Shown here in pieces: positions 16,334-23,376 of a stretch of 32,000 nt of DNA. The position numbers were made by a program, and so were the translations under genes. Source of the stretch: Candidatus Saccharimonadota bacterium. GTDB lineage: Bacteria; Patescibacteriota; Gracilibacteria; UBA1369; 2-02-FULL-48-14. Position 1 is the first letter of the stretch; each line of letters begins with the position of its first letter. The DNA is taken from assembly GCA_041661045.1 (NCBI GenBank), contig JBAZVE010000001.1, positions 1,140,001 through 1,172,000 of the forward strand. Reading direction: 5' to 3'. The notes under the pieces are model-generated. The model saw nothing but the letters and a program-made list of their open reading frames with translations, was not told the DNA's origin and ran no database searches.

Positions 16334-17231
16334 TCCACTCTTTTCGAATATCTTCCCGGCGATCTTCGTCGTGGAATTTGAGCATCGTCTCGCTGATCAC
16401 CGTGCCGCTCCGGTTTTTGAGGGAGTAAAATTTATCTTTAGCTCGGCGCAGTTGGTTTTGCTTCCATTTTTCTTCCCACTCATCCTTGTCCAAGAGGCCT
16501 TCGAGTTTCGCTTTAATTTTTTCTTGCAGTGGACTTCGTTTTCTAAAATACCTTCGGTGGGCTTGAATGGTTTTAAAGTATTCGCTTAACCAAGGCGTAT
16601 TGATGCTTAAAAACTTCTCGTATTCTCCAAAATCTCCGGCAATGGGTTCCAAAGTTTTGATCCAATAGGCCAGGTAGATGTCGTAGGGTTTTAAGGTAAG
16701 GGAGCTGAAATCCATCCGTTCTTCGCTTATAAAAAAGCTGAGACAAAACCGTGCCCGCACTTTGTCCCCATGCCGGCGAACTCCCATCACACTGGTTAAA
16801 AGAATTAGACAGAGTCTGGCGAGGAAGAGTCGGTTCTTTTGGGTCACCACAAAAAGATCGATGTCACTGTCCTCCGTGGTTGCGTAAATGGGCAAGCTGT
16901 TACACACACACACCAGTTTTACAAAAGGACAAATGGAAAAAATCCATTGGAAGCGGCGCACTTTTTTCCAAAGTGTTCGGGATCGTTGAATTTTTTGAGT
17001 GAATTCACTTTGAAAGGCGGCATCCGTGCTTAGGCCGTAATATCCGTTCCTTTCCGTTATGAGGGGGCTTTCCCTTAAATAGGAGCTGATGTGTTTTTCG
17101 TCCGGCTCGGCCCAAAAAAGATGTTCCGAGATTTCGCTACGGGTGAGGGGGACTCCAAACAGATGGAAGTAGGCCAGAGTGGAAAGCACCGCCTGCTTCA
17201 CCGTCATGTTCTTGGGGAAAATTTCGCTCAT
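16311..17231 (-). CDS. Hypothetical protein, possible minimal nucleotidyltransferase fold
   Basis: 306-aa ORF with an ATG start. The only motif I can point to is CNSLPIYATTEDSDIDLFVV, which resembles the [GS]-x-[DE]h[DE]h pattern of pol-beta-type nucleotidyltransferases. The N-terminal ~70 aa could be a winged-helix domain. The 3' end overlaps der by 23 nt. Confidence 0.45.
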   Translation of the reverse strand: MSEIFPKNMTVKQAVLSTLAYFHLFGVPLTRSEISEHLFWAEPDEKHISSYLRESPLITERNGYYGLSTDAAFQSEFTQKIQRSRTLWKKVRRFQWIFSICPFVKLVCVCNSLPIYATTEDSDIDLFVVTQKNRLFLARLCLILLTSVMGVRRHGDKVRARFCLSFFISEERMDFSSLTLKPYDIYLAYWIKTLEPIAGDFGEYEKFLSINTPWLSEYFKTIQAHRRYFRKRSPLQEKIKAKLEGLLDKDEWEEKWKQNQLRRAKDKFYSLKNRSGTVISETMLKFHDEDRREDIRKEWISALQAF

Positions 17232-17250
17232 TTGCTTAAGTGAGGGACTT

Positions 17251-17259
17251 ATCTTACCA
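17251..17259 (-). promoter_or_regulatory. Extended -10 TGGTAAGAT upstream of the 306-aa gene
   Basis: The reverse complement of atcttacca (17251-17259) is TGGTAAGAT. It lies 19 nt upstream of the ATG at 17231. Confidence 0.3.
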
Positions 17260-17278
17260 TAAAGGGGCTAAGCATACT

Positions 17279-19549
17279 ATGGCTCAAAAGCGAATTGAAG
17301 CGTTGATCAAAAAACTTCCCCATCTCCCTGGGGTTTATAAGATGAAGGACGAAGAGGGACGGATTTTATATATAGGGAAGGCCAAGGATTTGAGCCATCG
17401 CGTGCGGTCTTATTTTAGAAAAAGCACCAAGGCGACTCGTACCGAAAAACTTTTGGAGCGGGTGGTGGATTTGGAGTGGACGGAGGTGGGTAGTGACCTG
17501 GAAGCTTTGCTTTTGGAGACGAATCTCATCAAGGAGTTTCGGCCCAAATACAATGTGCTCATGAAGGACGATAAAAATTTTGTGTACATCAAAATCACTA
17601 AAAATGAAGATTTTCCGCGCATTGAAATTGTGCGACGAGTAGAAAAAGACGGGGCGCGGTATTTTGGCCCAAAGACCTCCGCGCACAGCGTAAAAAAAAC
17701 ACTTGGGCTTTTGCAAAAACTTTTTATGTATCGCAGTTGTGATCTTTCTATTGAGTGGGCGGAAGGCAAGGCCGCGGTGACCAAAAAAACCATGGCTTAT
17801 CCCTGTTTGGATTATCACATTAAACGGTGCGCGGCACCGTGCATCGGCAAAATAAGCCCTGAGGATTATGCAAAATCCATTGAGCAGATTGAGCGCTTTT
17901 TGGAGGGGAAAACGGGTGATATTGAGCAATCTTTGCAGGAACAGATGGGTGCTGCCGTTCAGCAAAAAGAATTCGAAAGGGCGGCTTTGCTACGAGATAA
18001 ACTTTTGTCTTTACGGAGAATGTTTGAGAGCAAGCAGATTGTTACTTCTCCCACTCACGAAGATATGGATATCTTGGGCTTTGTGATTGAAGGGGGGAAG
18101 GCCTTTTTGACGCTTTTTATGCTTCGTGACGGGAAGCTCATTGATCAGGAAAACTTTATTACCGACAGTGGTGAATATGAAGCGGGAGAAGAGGCGGAGG
18201 CAGAAGAAGTGGTGGAAAGCTTTTTGTACCAATATTATGAAAAGTCGACCACGATTCCTCCGCAAATTTTAATTCCCCTTTCTTTTGAGGAATCCGATTT
18301 CTTCACGGATTGGGCGAGCAATCAGGCCGGCCGCAGCGTTAAGTTGCTCATACCGGAACGAGGTAAAAAACATCAACTATTGGAATTGGCGGAAAAAAAT
18401 GCGCGAAGTTTCCAAAAACAAAATAAGGCGCGGTGGGAAAGCATGGCTCCTTCCGATGCGGAAGCGCTTGAAGAACTTTCAGCAGTACTGGGGCTTCCCA
18501 AGCCTGCCAAACGAATGGAGTGTTATGACATTTCCCATTTGGGGGGCAGCGACACGGTGGCTTCCATGGTGGTTTTTGAGAATGGCACCGCAAAAAAATC
18601 AGACTATCGAAAATTTCATCTCCAAAGCATTGCGGATGGGGAGATTGATGATTTTAAATCGATGAAGGAAATCCTTTATAGGCGGCTTTCTCATTTGTCT
18701 CTAGTCCCGGCGGGCTTCCAGGTGCGCAAGGCCGCTAAAACCCATATTCCCGGCATGGTGGCTCTTTTAAAAGAATGGCGTGGACTTGAAGAAGTGGAGG
18801 GGGATTTGGAGGAATATCAGGTGGTTCTAAAAGATAAGAAAGTTCTTGGTCTTTTGCGGCTTCTCCCCGGAAAGGAGGGGACGGCTTTGATCAAGGCGCT
18901 CTATGTCACCCCAAAAGCTCGCGAACAAAAATTGGGGCGCTCTCTGGTTTTTACGGCCATCGAAAAGCTCAAACTCAAGCGACTCTATGTTTCTTGCGTG
19001 CACGAAATGGGCCCTCTTTATGACCGATTGGGCTTTGAAGAAATCAAGAATTTCCCGACGGAATTCTCTGAACACCAACTCGATTTAATTTTGGCCTACG
19101 ATCCTACAAAACATATGGATGCTTCTTTTGAAACCAAGCCGGATCTCATTGTGATCGATGGGGGAAAGGGGCAACTCGGCATGGCCGTGAAAAGTCGTGA
19201 TGCTTTGGGGCTTAAAATCCCCATGATCGGTCTCGCGAAGCGGGAAGAGGATGTTTTTGTGCCCGGCAAAAGCTTTCCTCTCCTCATCCCCAAAGACTCG
19301 AAAGCCTCTTATCTTTTGCAGCGGATCCGCGACGAAGCCCACCGCTTCGCCATCACCTTTCAAAAATCCACCCGCAAAAAACACCTCACCGCCTCCGCTC
19401 TGGACGCAATCCCCGGCATCGGCAAGGCCACCAAAATGAAACTCCTCAAACACTTTGGATCCGTGGAAGTCCTTAAAGCCGCTTCCGAAGCAGACCTAGC
19501 TGCGGTGGTGGGAGACGCCGTCATCAAAAGCTTGCAAAAGCTCAAGTAG
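17279..19549 (+). CDS. uvrC: Excinuclease ABC subunit C (UvrC) carrying an internal GNAT-like insertion
   Basis: The track start at 17240 is a GTG. The ATG at 17279 gives MAQKRIEALIKKLPHLPGVYKMKDEEGRILYIGKAKDLSHRVRSYF (GIY-YIG). UVR motif FERAALLRDKLLSLRRM. RNase H-like endonuclease region MECYDISHLGGSDTVASMVVFENG...PDLIVIDGGKGQL...RDEAHRFAITF. C-terminal HhH motif LDAIPGIGKATKMKLLKHFGS. Confidence 0.93.
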   Translation: MAQKRIEALIKKLPHLPGVYKMKDEEGRILYIGKAKDLSHRVRSYFRKSTKATRTEKLLERVVDLEWTEVGSDLEALLLETNLIKEFRPKYNVLMKDDKNFVYIKITKNEDFPRIEIVRRVEKDGARYFGPKTSAHSVKKTLGLLQKLFMYRSCDLSIEWAEGKAAVTKKTMAYPCLDYHIKRCAAPCIGKISPEDYAKSIEQIERFLEGKTGDIEQSLQEQMGAAVQQKEFERAALLRDKLLSLRRMFESKQIVTSPTHEDMDILGFVIEGGKAFLTLFMLRDGKLIDQENFITDSGEYEAGEEAEAEEVVESFLYQYYEKSTTIPPQILIPLSFEESDFFTDWASNQAGRSVKLLIPERGKKHQLLELAEKNARSFQKQNKARWESMAPSDAEALEELSAVLGLPKPAKRMECYDISHLGGSDTVASMVVFENGTAKKSDYRKFHLQSIADGEIDDFKSMKEILYRRLSHLSLVPAGFQVRKAAKTHIPGMVALLKEWRGLEEVEGDLEEYQVVLKDKKVLGLLRLLPGKEGTALIKALYVTPKAREQKLGRSLVFTAIEKLKLKRLYVSCVHEMGPLYDRLGFEEIKNFPTEFSEHQLDLILAYDPTKHMDASFETKPDLIVIDGGKGQLGMAVKSRDALGLKIPMIGLAKREEDVFVPGKSFPLLIPKDSKASYLLQRIRDEAHRFAITFQKSTRKKHLTASALDAIPGIGKATKMKLLKHFGSVEVLKAASEADLAAVVGDAVIKSLQKLK
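18701..19138 (+). other. GNAT acetyltransferase-like domain (~146 aa) inserted within UvrC
   Basis: The insertion lies between ILYRRLSHLS and PDLIVIDGG, which are normally 10-20 aa apart. It reads VLKDKKVLGLLRLLPGKEGTALIKALYVTPKAREQKLGRSLVFTAIEKLKLKRLYVSCVHEMGPLYDRLGFEEI. This gives a beta4-alphaC motif A (Q-x-x-G-x-S) and a GFEEI end typical of GNAT. Confidence 0.6.
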
Positions 19550-19584
19550 AAGCTATTATTCTTTCTTATTTTAAATTTTTGTTT

Positions 19585-20271
19585 ATGGAAAGATTGTCGG
19601 ATGAAGATTTGAGAAAAGCTTGGCAAGAACTGCGTTCTGCCATGGAATACCGCGGACATGATAGAGATGCTTGTACTTCAGTGCTTGAGCTCACACTAGC
19701 AGGCAGGCGGAGGGTGGAGGTGATTTCTAGAGTGGACCCTGGAGATGGGGAGGTATGTTCTGGGTCTCAATCCGTTGAACTTTCTTCTCCAAATCCCTCT
19801 GTTTTCTTGCCTGGAATCCCATTGGAACCACAAAGTGTGAGTGAGCTGGCTCTCGCTCCCATTTTAGATCTTGGCCAAGGGTTTCGTTCTCAGGGCCTTG
19901 AGGTTGGATTTAGCTACTCCAATTTTTCTAGTTTGTGGCTTGCCTGCGACGGGGTAAACGAGGGGACATGGCGTCACCAACTTTCTGAGGCCGAGTGGAG
20001 TGATTTAGAGTCACAGTTGATGGAGGGTACTTTTGCTATGTATAGGCACTTTCTGGATGCTGCACTCGCACAAATGAAGGCAGGAAAAGGAAGAGAACAG
20101 TGGTGGGGGCAAAGATGGACAGAAAGAGAGAAAAAACAATGGCCAGGAGAATGGGCAGAAGTAGAATTGAAAAGACGACCTGTGGAATGGTCTGATCTTA
20201 TGAAGGAGATTTGTGCACGAGTGAAAGCGCGTGGAGAATTCCTTGAATGTCTTCTTCCCCCAAAAACATGA
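19585..20271 (+). CDS. Hypothetical protein (orphan A), Trp-rich C-terminus
   Basis: The track start at 19579 is a TTG; the first ATG is at 19585. Length 228 aa. No TM segment and no recognised motif. C-terminus REQWWGQRWTEREKKQWPGEWAEVELKRRPVEW. The stop overlaps a downstream ATG (ATGA at 20268-20271). Confidence 0.55.
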   Translation: MERLSDEDLRKAWQELRSAMEYRGHDRDACTSVLELTLAGRRRVEVISRVDPGDGEVCSGSQSVELSSPNPSVFLPGIPLEPQSVSELALAPILDLGQGFRSQGLEVGFSYSNFSSLWLACDGVNEGTWRHQLSEAEWSDLESQLMEGTFAMYRHFLDAALAQMKAGKGREQWWGQRWTEREKKQWPGEWAEVELKRRPVEWSDLMKEICARVKARGEFLECLLPPKT

Positions 20272-20987
20272 CACCCCCTTCTCAAAATGTACCTGGTTAT
20301 TCTGAAGACTTAGAGAGTGGACACTCTCACGACTGTAGAGAACTTGGGATAACTCACTACCTGGACCTCCATGAGGATATTAAAGATACAGCGGATCAAG
20401 TGCGAGATGGCTTGTATGACTTCATAAGTACGGATTTGGATTTTGCTGATGATGTTGACCGTATACTAGGACGGCTGGGCTTAAATAGACAGGATTACCA
20501 AGGGCTTTTAGTTACGCTTTCGTACATTCAAATGCTCTTAGAGAAGAGCAAGTTGAGCGAGGAGGAACGGAAGGCTTTTTGGATGCCTATTGCGCAGTGC
20601 TATGTAAGGGTGCAAGCCGTGTTAAAAGAAAGGATAGTGGCTTTGGAACAACGAGAGCTGATTGGGGTTGGGACAAAACTGCGAATTCCGGTACAAGTGA
20701 TGAGGGGGGCGCGCACTGGAGATCTATTGCTGATCGCAGAATTACCAGAATTTCAGTACGCCCTTCAACACATCAGCCGTGATAATCCTTCTCATCCTCC
20801 TCACACTTACAGAGTTCCAATCACTCATATTGAATTTAAACGCGATTATATGCACGGATTGCTTCCAGAGATTAAGGCTCGTTTGGAAGCAGGCACTACC
20901 ATGGAGCTGCCAATAAAGGTGGTTTCTGTATACCCAAATATGCCCACCTATGCAGAAATCGATGCAGAAGCTTTTTTGGGCCAGTAG
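20247..20987 (+). CDS. Hypothetical protein (orphan B), acidic N-terminal half
   Basis: 246-aa ORF. The alternative ATG at 20268 forms an ATGA overlap with orphan A and may be the true start. No recognised motif and no TM segment. Confidence 0.55.
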   Translation: MSSSPKNMTPPSQNVPGYSEDLESGHSHDCRELGITHYLDLHEDIKDTADQVRDGLYDFISTDLDFADDVDRILGRLGLNRQDYQGLLVTLSYIQMLLEKSKLSEEERKAFWMPIAQCYVRVQAVLKERIVALEQRELIGVGTKLRIPVQVMRGARTGDLLLIAELPEFQYALQHISRDNPSHPPHTYRVPITHIEFKRDYMHGLLPEIKARLEAGTTMELPIKVVSVYPNMPTYAEIDAEAFLGQ

Positions 20988-21014
20988 TTCTTTGCGTTTG
21001 CACAAACTGTCAGG

Positions 21015-21020
21015 TAAAAT
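21015..21020 (+). promoter_or_regulatory. TTGCGT-17-TAAAAT promoter-like element; the -10 lies 6 nt from the yqeY-like ATG (possible leaderless transcript)
   Basis: TAAAAT at 21015-21020, TTGCGT at 20992-20997, 17-nt spacer, ATG at 21027. Confidence 0.3.
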
Positions 21021-21026
21021 GGGCAC

Positions 21027-21467
21027 ATGAATCTCCCTGAACTCAACGAAAGCTTAAAGCAGGCCATGCTGGCCAAGGACGAACTCAAAACTTCCGTACT
21101 GCGCATGCTTAAGGCTGAAGTGATGAAGATTGAAACCGATGGCAGTGGCACGGAAATCACGGAAGAGCTGATTCAAACTTTGATCGGAAAAATGCTGAAG
21201 CAGCGCAGAGACTCTGTGGAACAATTTAAGGCGGGTGGTCGCGAAGAACTTGCCGCTAAAGAGGAAAAAGAAATCGCTCTGCTTCAGGCTTACTTACCCG
21301 AACAAATGAGCGAAGATGCGATCCGCGCCGAAGTCCGCGCCACCAAAGAAGCGCTCGGCATCACCGACAAAAGTGGCGTTGGTAAACTTATGGGAGCCCT
21401 CATGGGCAAACTCAAAGGCAAAGCCGACGGCGGCTTGATTAAGAAGATTGTGGAGGAGGAGCTGTAA
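21027..21467 (+). CDS. GatB/YqeY domain-containing protein
   Basis: LNESLKQAMLAKDELKTSVLRMLKAEVMKIE...AAKEEKEIALLQAYLPEQMSEDAIRAEV...GKLMGALMGKLKGKADGGLIKKIV is typical of the YqeY family. Length 146 aa. Confidence 0.9.
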   Translation: MNLPELNESLKQAMLAKDELKTSVLRMLKAEVMKIETDGSGTEITEELIQTLIGKMLKQRRDSVEQFKAGGREELAAKEEKEIALLQAYLPEQMSEDAIRAEVRATKEALGITDKSGVGKLMGALMGKLKGKADGGLIKKIVEEEL

Positions 21468-21505
21468 ACGCTCCATAAACTTGAGCAGGGACCTCAAGAA
21501 GATAG

Positions 21506-22264
21506 TCATTTAGTTTTAAACCAGGCACCAACTGGGCCTTGACCACGCCCATCTTCTCTAAATGGAGCTAGACAAACTCGGTCATCTACGCCAGTGACCT
21601 TGTGAGCCCCTACGATTTCCGCCCCATTGTAGCTCCCCCCAGACACGACGCTTTCACCAACACTCCACTCAGTTGCAGGGCTTGCATCAGGCAGCACAAG
21701 AGGCCGTTCGAGCCCGCTTTTCAGGCCTCCCGCATGCCAAGCATTATGCCAACCTGCAGAAAGAACCCTGAGAGACTCAGCATCCTCAACGCATTTTGCA
21801 CCTAGCTCTAAGTACCACAAACCGGAAGAAGTAGAAACTACAAATCTACCAATGGCGAGCAGATAATCAGGATGAGCTGCAGTAGATGTTGAAATACCAA
21901 GAACCCTTTGCTTTCCATCTCCTTGATCCTTTAGATCAGCTGCTTTCCATTGTACATCTGCTATATGGCTATATGTACCACTATGAACAGTAACACTTTT
22001 TTCTCTAGGCAATTTTCTCGGTCGTAACTCACCACCAAAAAGGCCCGCCACAGCCCTGACCTCGTCAAGACCCTCATACATAGAGTCAATACCTTCTATA
22101 TAATGAGCATGATACAAAGAAGCCAGCGTTTTGAGCTGATCTAAAGAAGAAGGGTCCACTATGGCGAGTAAGCGTTGAGTGACTCCAGAAGGTATCAATG
22201 CTGCAAGCACAGGGGGTTTAGGATATACCAATCCTAGGTCTGAGTCTGTGAGAGGTCTATTCAT
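21506..22264 (-). CDS. Hypothetical protein (orphan C)
   Basis: 252-aa ORF with an ATG start. No TM segment and no recognised motif. Gly/Ser/Trp/His-rich C-terminal half (WHNAWHAGGLKSG, SGGSYNGAEIVGAHKVTG). G+C is uneven: about 60% in 21600-21720 versus 33-42% in 21840-22020 (hand counts). Confidence 0.5.
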   Translation of the reverse strand: MNRPLTDSDLGLVYPKPPVLAALIPSGVTQRLLAIVDPSSLDQLKTLASLYHAHYIEGIDSMYEGLDEVRAVAGLFGGELRPRKLPREKSVTVHSGTYSHIADVQWKAADLKDQGDGKQRVLGISTSTAAHPDYLLAIGRFVVSTSSGLWYLELGAKCVEDAESLRVLSAGWHNAWHAGGLKSGLERPLVLPDASPATEWSVGESVVSGGSYNGAEIVGAHKVTGVDDRVCLAPFREDGRGQGPVGAWFKTK

Positions 22265-22294
22265 AAGTAACTTGGAATTAGGGTGTACTATGGA

Positions 22295-22323
22295 GTTTTA
22301 GCATATTCACGGGCTGGCGTCAA
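22295..22323 (-). promoter_or_regulatory. TTGACG-17-(TG)cTAAAAC promoter-like element for orphan C
   Basis: The reverse complement of 22318-22323 is TTGACG and of 22295-22303 is TGCTAAAAC, with a 17-nt spacer. It lies 30 nt upstream of the ATG at 22264. Confidence 0.35.
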
Positions 22324-22401
22324 GCCACCTTTTGACAAAACTTCAAAAACTCGCCGCGCAAACTCATATGGGTGAATTCCTCAATAAAATTATTTCAGTC
22401 A

Positions 22402-22422
22402 AGACCTTAGGGGAAAAGGTCT
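22402..22422 (-). terminator. Hairpin (7-bp stem, 7-nt loop) about 55 nt downstream of tRNA-Leu; weak terminator candidate
   Basis: agacctt (22402-22408) pairs with aaggtct (22416-22422). On the minus strand it is followed by TGACTGAAATAATTTTATT, which is only partly T-rich. Confidence 0.25.
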
Positions 22423-22476
22423 CTATCTGAAACGCCATAGCTTCTCATTATTTTGTAGGCTGTACTTCGTACAGTA

Positions 22477-22565
22477 TGGTGCCGAAAGTGGGGGTCGAAC
22501 CCACACTCCCGATGAAGGGAACGGGATTTTGAGTCCCGCGCGTCTGCCAGTTCCGCCATTTCGGC
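22477..22565 (-). tRNA. tRNA-Leu (anticodon CAA), class II with long variable arm, genomically encoded CCA
   Basis: Hand fold of the reverse complement. Acceptor GCCGAAA/TTTCGGC. D-arm GCG-GAACTGGCAGA-CGC. Anticodon stem CGGGA/TCCCG with loop CTCAAAA. Variable arm TCCC-TTCATC-GGGA. T-arm GTGGG-TTCGACC-CCCAC. Discriminator A followed by CCA. Length 89 nt. Confidence 0.93.
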
Positions 22566-22605
22566 ACGGGGCAAAAATTACACTATTTGTGATTGGGACA
22601 CAATA

Positions 22606-22614
22606 TGCTATTGT
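22606..22614 (+). promoter_or_regulatory. Extended -10 TGCTATTGT upstream of the DsbA-like gene
   Basis: tgctattgt at 22606-22614, 25 nt upstream of the ATG at 22640. Confidence 0.3.
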
Positions 22615-22639
22615 CTTCCCGCCATTTAACTTTCCACGC

Positions 22640-23350
22640 ATGTTTCCTAAAAATAGTAATTCTCAAGCTGTTTGGGCCTCCCTCAGCTTTCTTGTTCTTG
22701 GTCTTGGTATTGGACTTTTAGTTGCCAGTAAGGGTGAAATTCTCGAAAATTTTGGAGGGAATGATTTGGTTCGTGATGAAACTGAATCTGCGATTCCACC
22801 TGATTTTGATGTGAATTCTTTGGAAATTGTGGATGTGAGTACGGATGACGATGCTGTTTTGGGAGATGCGGATGCGCCGGTGACCATTGTGGAGTTCAGC
22901 GATTTCCAGTGTCCGTATTGCAGCCGTTTTTATGAGCAAACTTTGCCTCAAATTCTAAGCAAGTACATTGAAAAAGGAAAAGTGAAGCTGGTGTATCGAG
23001 ATTTCCCATTGAGCGGCCATCCTCAGGCCAATCTTGCGGCTCAGGCTGCGGAATGTACCGGGGATGAAAACTACTATGCTTTTCACGATTGGCTCTTTGA
23101 AAATGTGGCGACTTGGTCTGGGAAGGAGACCGCCATGGAAATCATGATTCAGGCTGCGGAAGATGAGCTGGGTGCGGATATTCGCACTTGTTTGGAGAAC
23201 GGAGAAATGGCGGATGAGGTGAATGCGGATATGATGGCGGGCCGTAGTTATGGAGTCACGGGAACTCCGGCTTTCTTCATCAACGGAAAAAAACTCGTGG
23301 GCGCTTGGCCTTACGAAGTCTTTGAAGCTGTGATAGAGTCTGAACTCTAG
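22640..23350 (+). CDS. DsbA-family thiol:disulfide oxidoreductase with an N-terminal membrane anchor
   Basis: Track ORF 22529..23350 runs across the tRNA. The ATG at 22640 gives MFPKNSNSQAVWASLSFLVLGLGIGLLVA, a signal anchor. Thioredoxin-fold active site FSDFQCPYCSRF. C-terminal GVTGTPAFFINGKKLVGAWPYEVF. Confidence 0.85.
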   Translation: MFPKNSNSQAVWASLSFLVLGLGIGLLVASKGEILENFGGNDLVRDETESAIPPDFDVNSLEIVDVSTDDDAVLGDADAPVTIVEFSDFQCPYCSRFYEQTLPQILSKYIEKGKVKLVYRDFPLSGHPQANLAAQAAECTGDENYYAFHDWLFENVATWSGKETAMEIMIQAAEDELGADIRTCLENGEMADEVNADMMAGRSYGVTGTPAFFINGKKLVGAWPYEVFEAVIESEL

Positions 23351-23376
23351 TTTTATTTAAAGTTCACCCCATCCCT

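Noticed and set aside
20778-20795. RDNPSH in orphan B as a HEPN Rx4-6H RNase motif
   Set aside because: The surrounding sequence is proline-rich (SHPPHTY) and unlikely to be the helical HEPN context. Short motifs of this kind occur by chance.
21480-21498. Hairpin cttgag-N7-ctcaag between the convergent yqeY-like and orphan C genes, as a bidirectional terminator
   Set aside because: The stem is only 6 bp with a 7-nt loop and there is no flanking T/A run. That is too weak to call.
22332-22337. Perfect TTGACA on the plus strand in the tRNA-Leu/orphan C spacer
   Set aside because: No acceptable -10 lies 16-18 nt downstream (cgcgca). No plus-strand gene follows before the oppositely oriented tRNA.
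21506-22565. A classical tRNA-associated genomic island or prophage
   Set aside because: No integrase, recombinase or phage-like gene is present. I could not spot a direct repeat of the tRNA 3' end by eye. I kept it only as a low-confidence remnant hypothesis in the findings.
22423-22641. 72-aa minus-strand ORF and the first 37 codons of plus-strand ORF 22529..23350
   Set aside because: Both run straight through the tRNA-Leu gene. The DsbA-like protein has a sensible signal-anchor start at 22640.
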